DNA of 63,946 bases, filler included, from Octopus bimaculoides (taxonomy: Eukaryota), in NCBI RefSeq assembly GCF_001194135.2. It is 8 parts of 8 records of this genome, joined end to end, with 100 filler letters (N's around TTAATTAATTAA, not from the genome) between each part and the next. Parts side by side here need not be neighbours in the genome. Positions count along the whole stretch, not along the records: positions 51,463 to 63,946 come from NC_068988.1; 7 more parts are not named here. The stretch is one strand, 5' to 3'. This document shows positions 63,921-63,946 of this stretch, piece by piece. Each line of letters starts with the position of its first letter. Positions within the stretch are counted from its first letter, which is position 1. The translations under genes were made by a program, and so were the position numbers. The notes under the pieces are model-generated. The model saw only the letters and a list, made by a program, of their open reading frames with translations. It made no database searches and was not told the DNA's origin.

Positions 63921-63946
63921 ATATATATATATATATATATATATAT

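Overview
This is AT-rich, gap-ridden eukaryotic (animal) DNA. The SINE families and microsatellite load suggest a cephalopod such as Octopus; that is an inference from recalled repeat families, not a database match. The only host coding sequence I can support is two consecutive + strand exons of a membrane dipeptidase (peptidase M19, DPEP1-like) at 12772-12847 and 15170-15305. The rest is decayed mobile DNA and simple repeats. It includes mariner, maT (DD37D-like) and Tc1 relics, R4/Dong-like, RTE, Penelope-like and gypsy retroelement fragments, at least three SINE families, MITE-like foldbacks, a Helentron-type element, two minisatellites and many microsatellites. Nearly all ORF-track entries are artefacts of N-runs or simple repeats. 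There are no rRNA, tRNA or CRISPR features, and I found no convincing intact novel system. The best leads are an unclassified DDE-like transposase relic, an R4-like element associated with (CATA)n, a decapeptide-periodic 30-bp minisatellite ORF, a hierarchical 37-bp satellite, a telomere-repeat hairpin element and decayed hammerhead-like cores. Repeat boundaries are approximate (read by eye).
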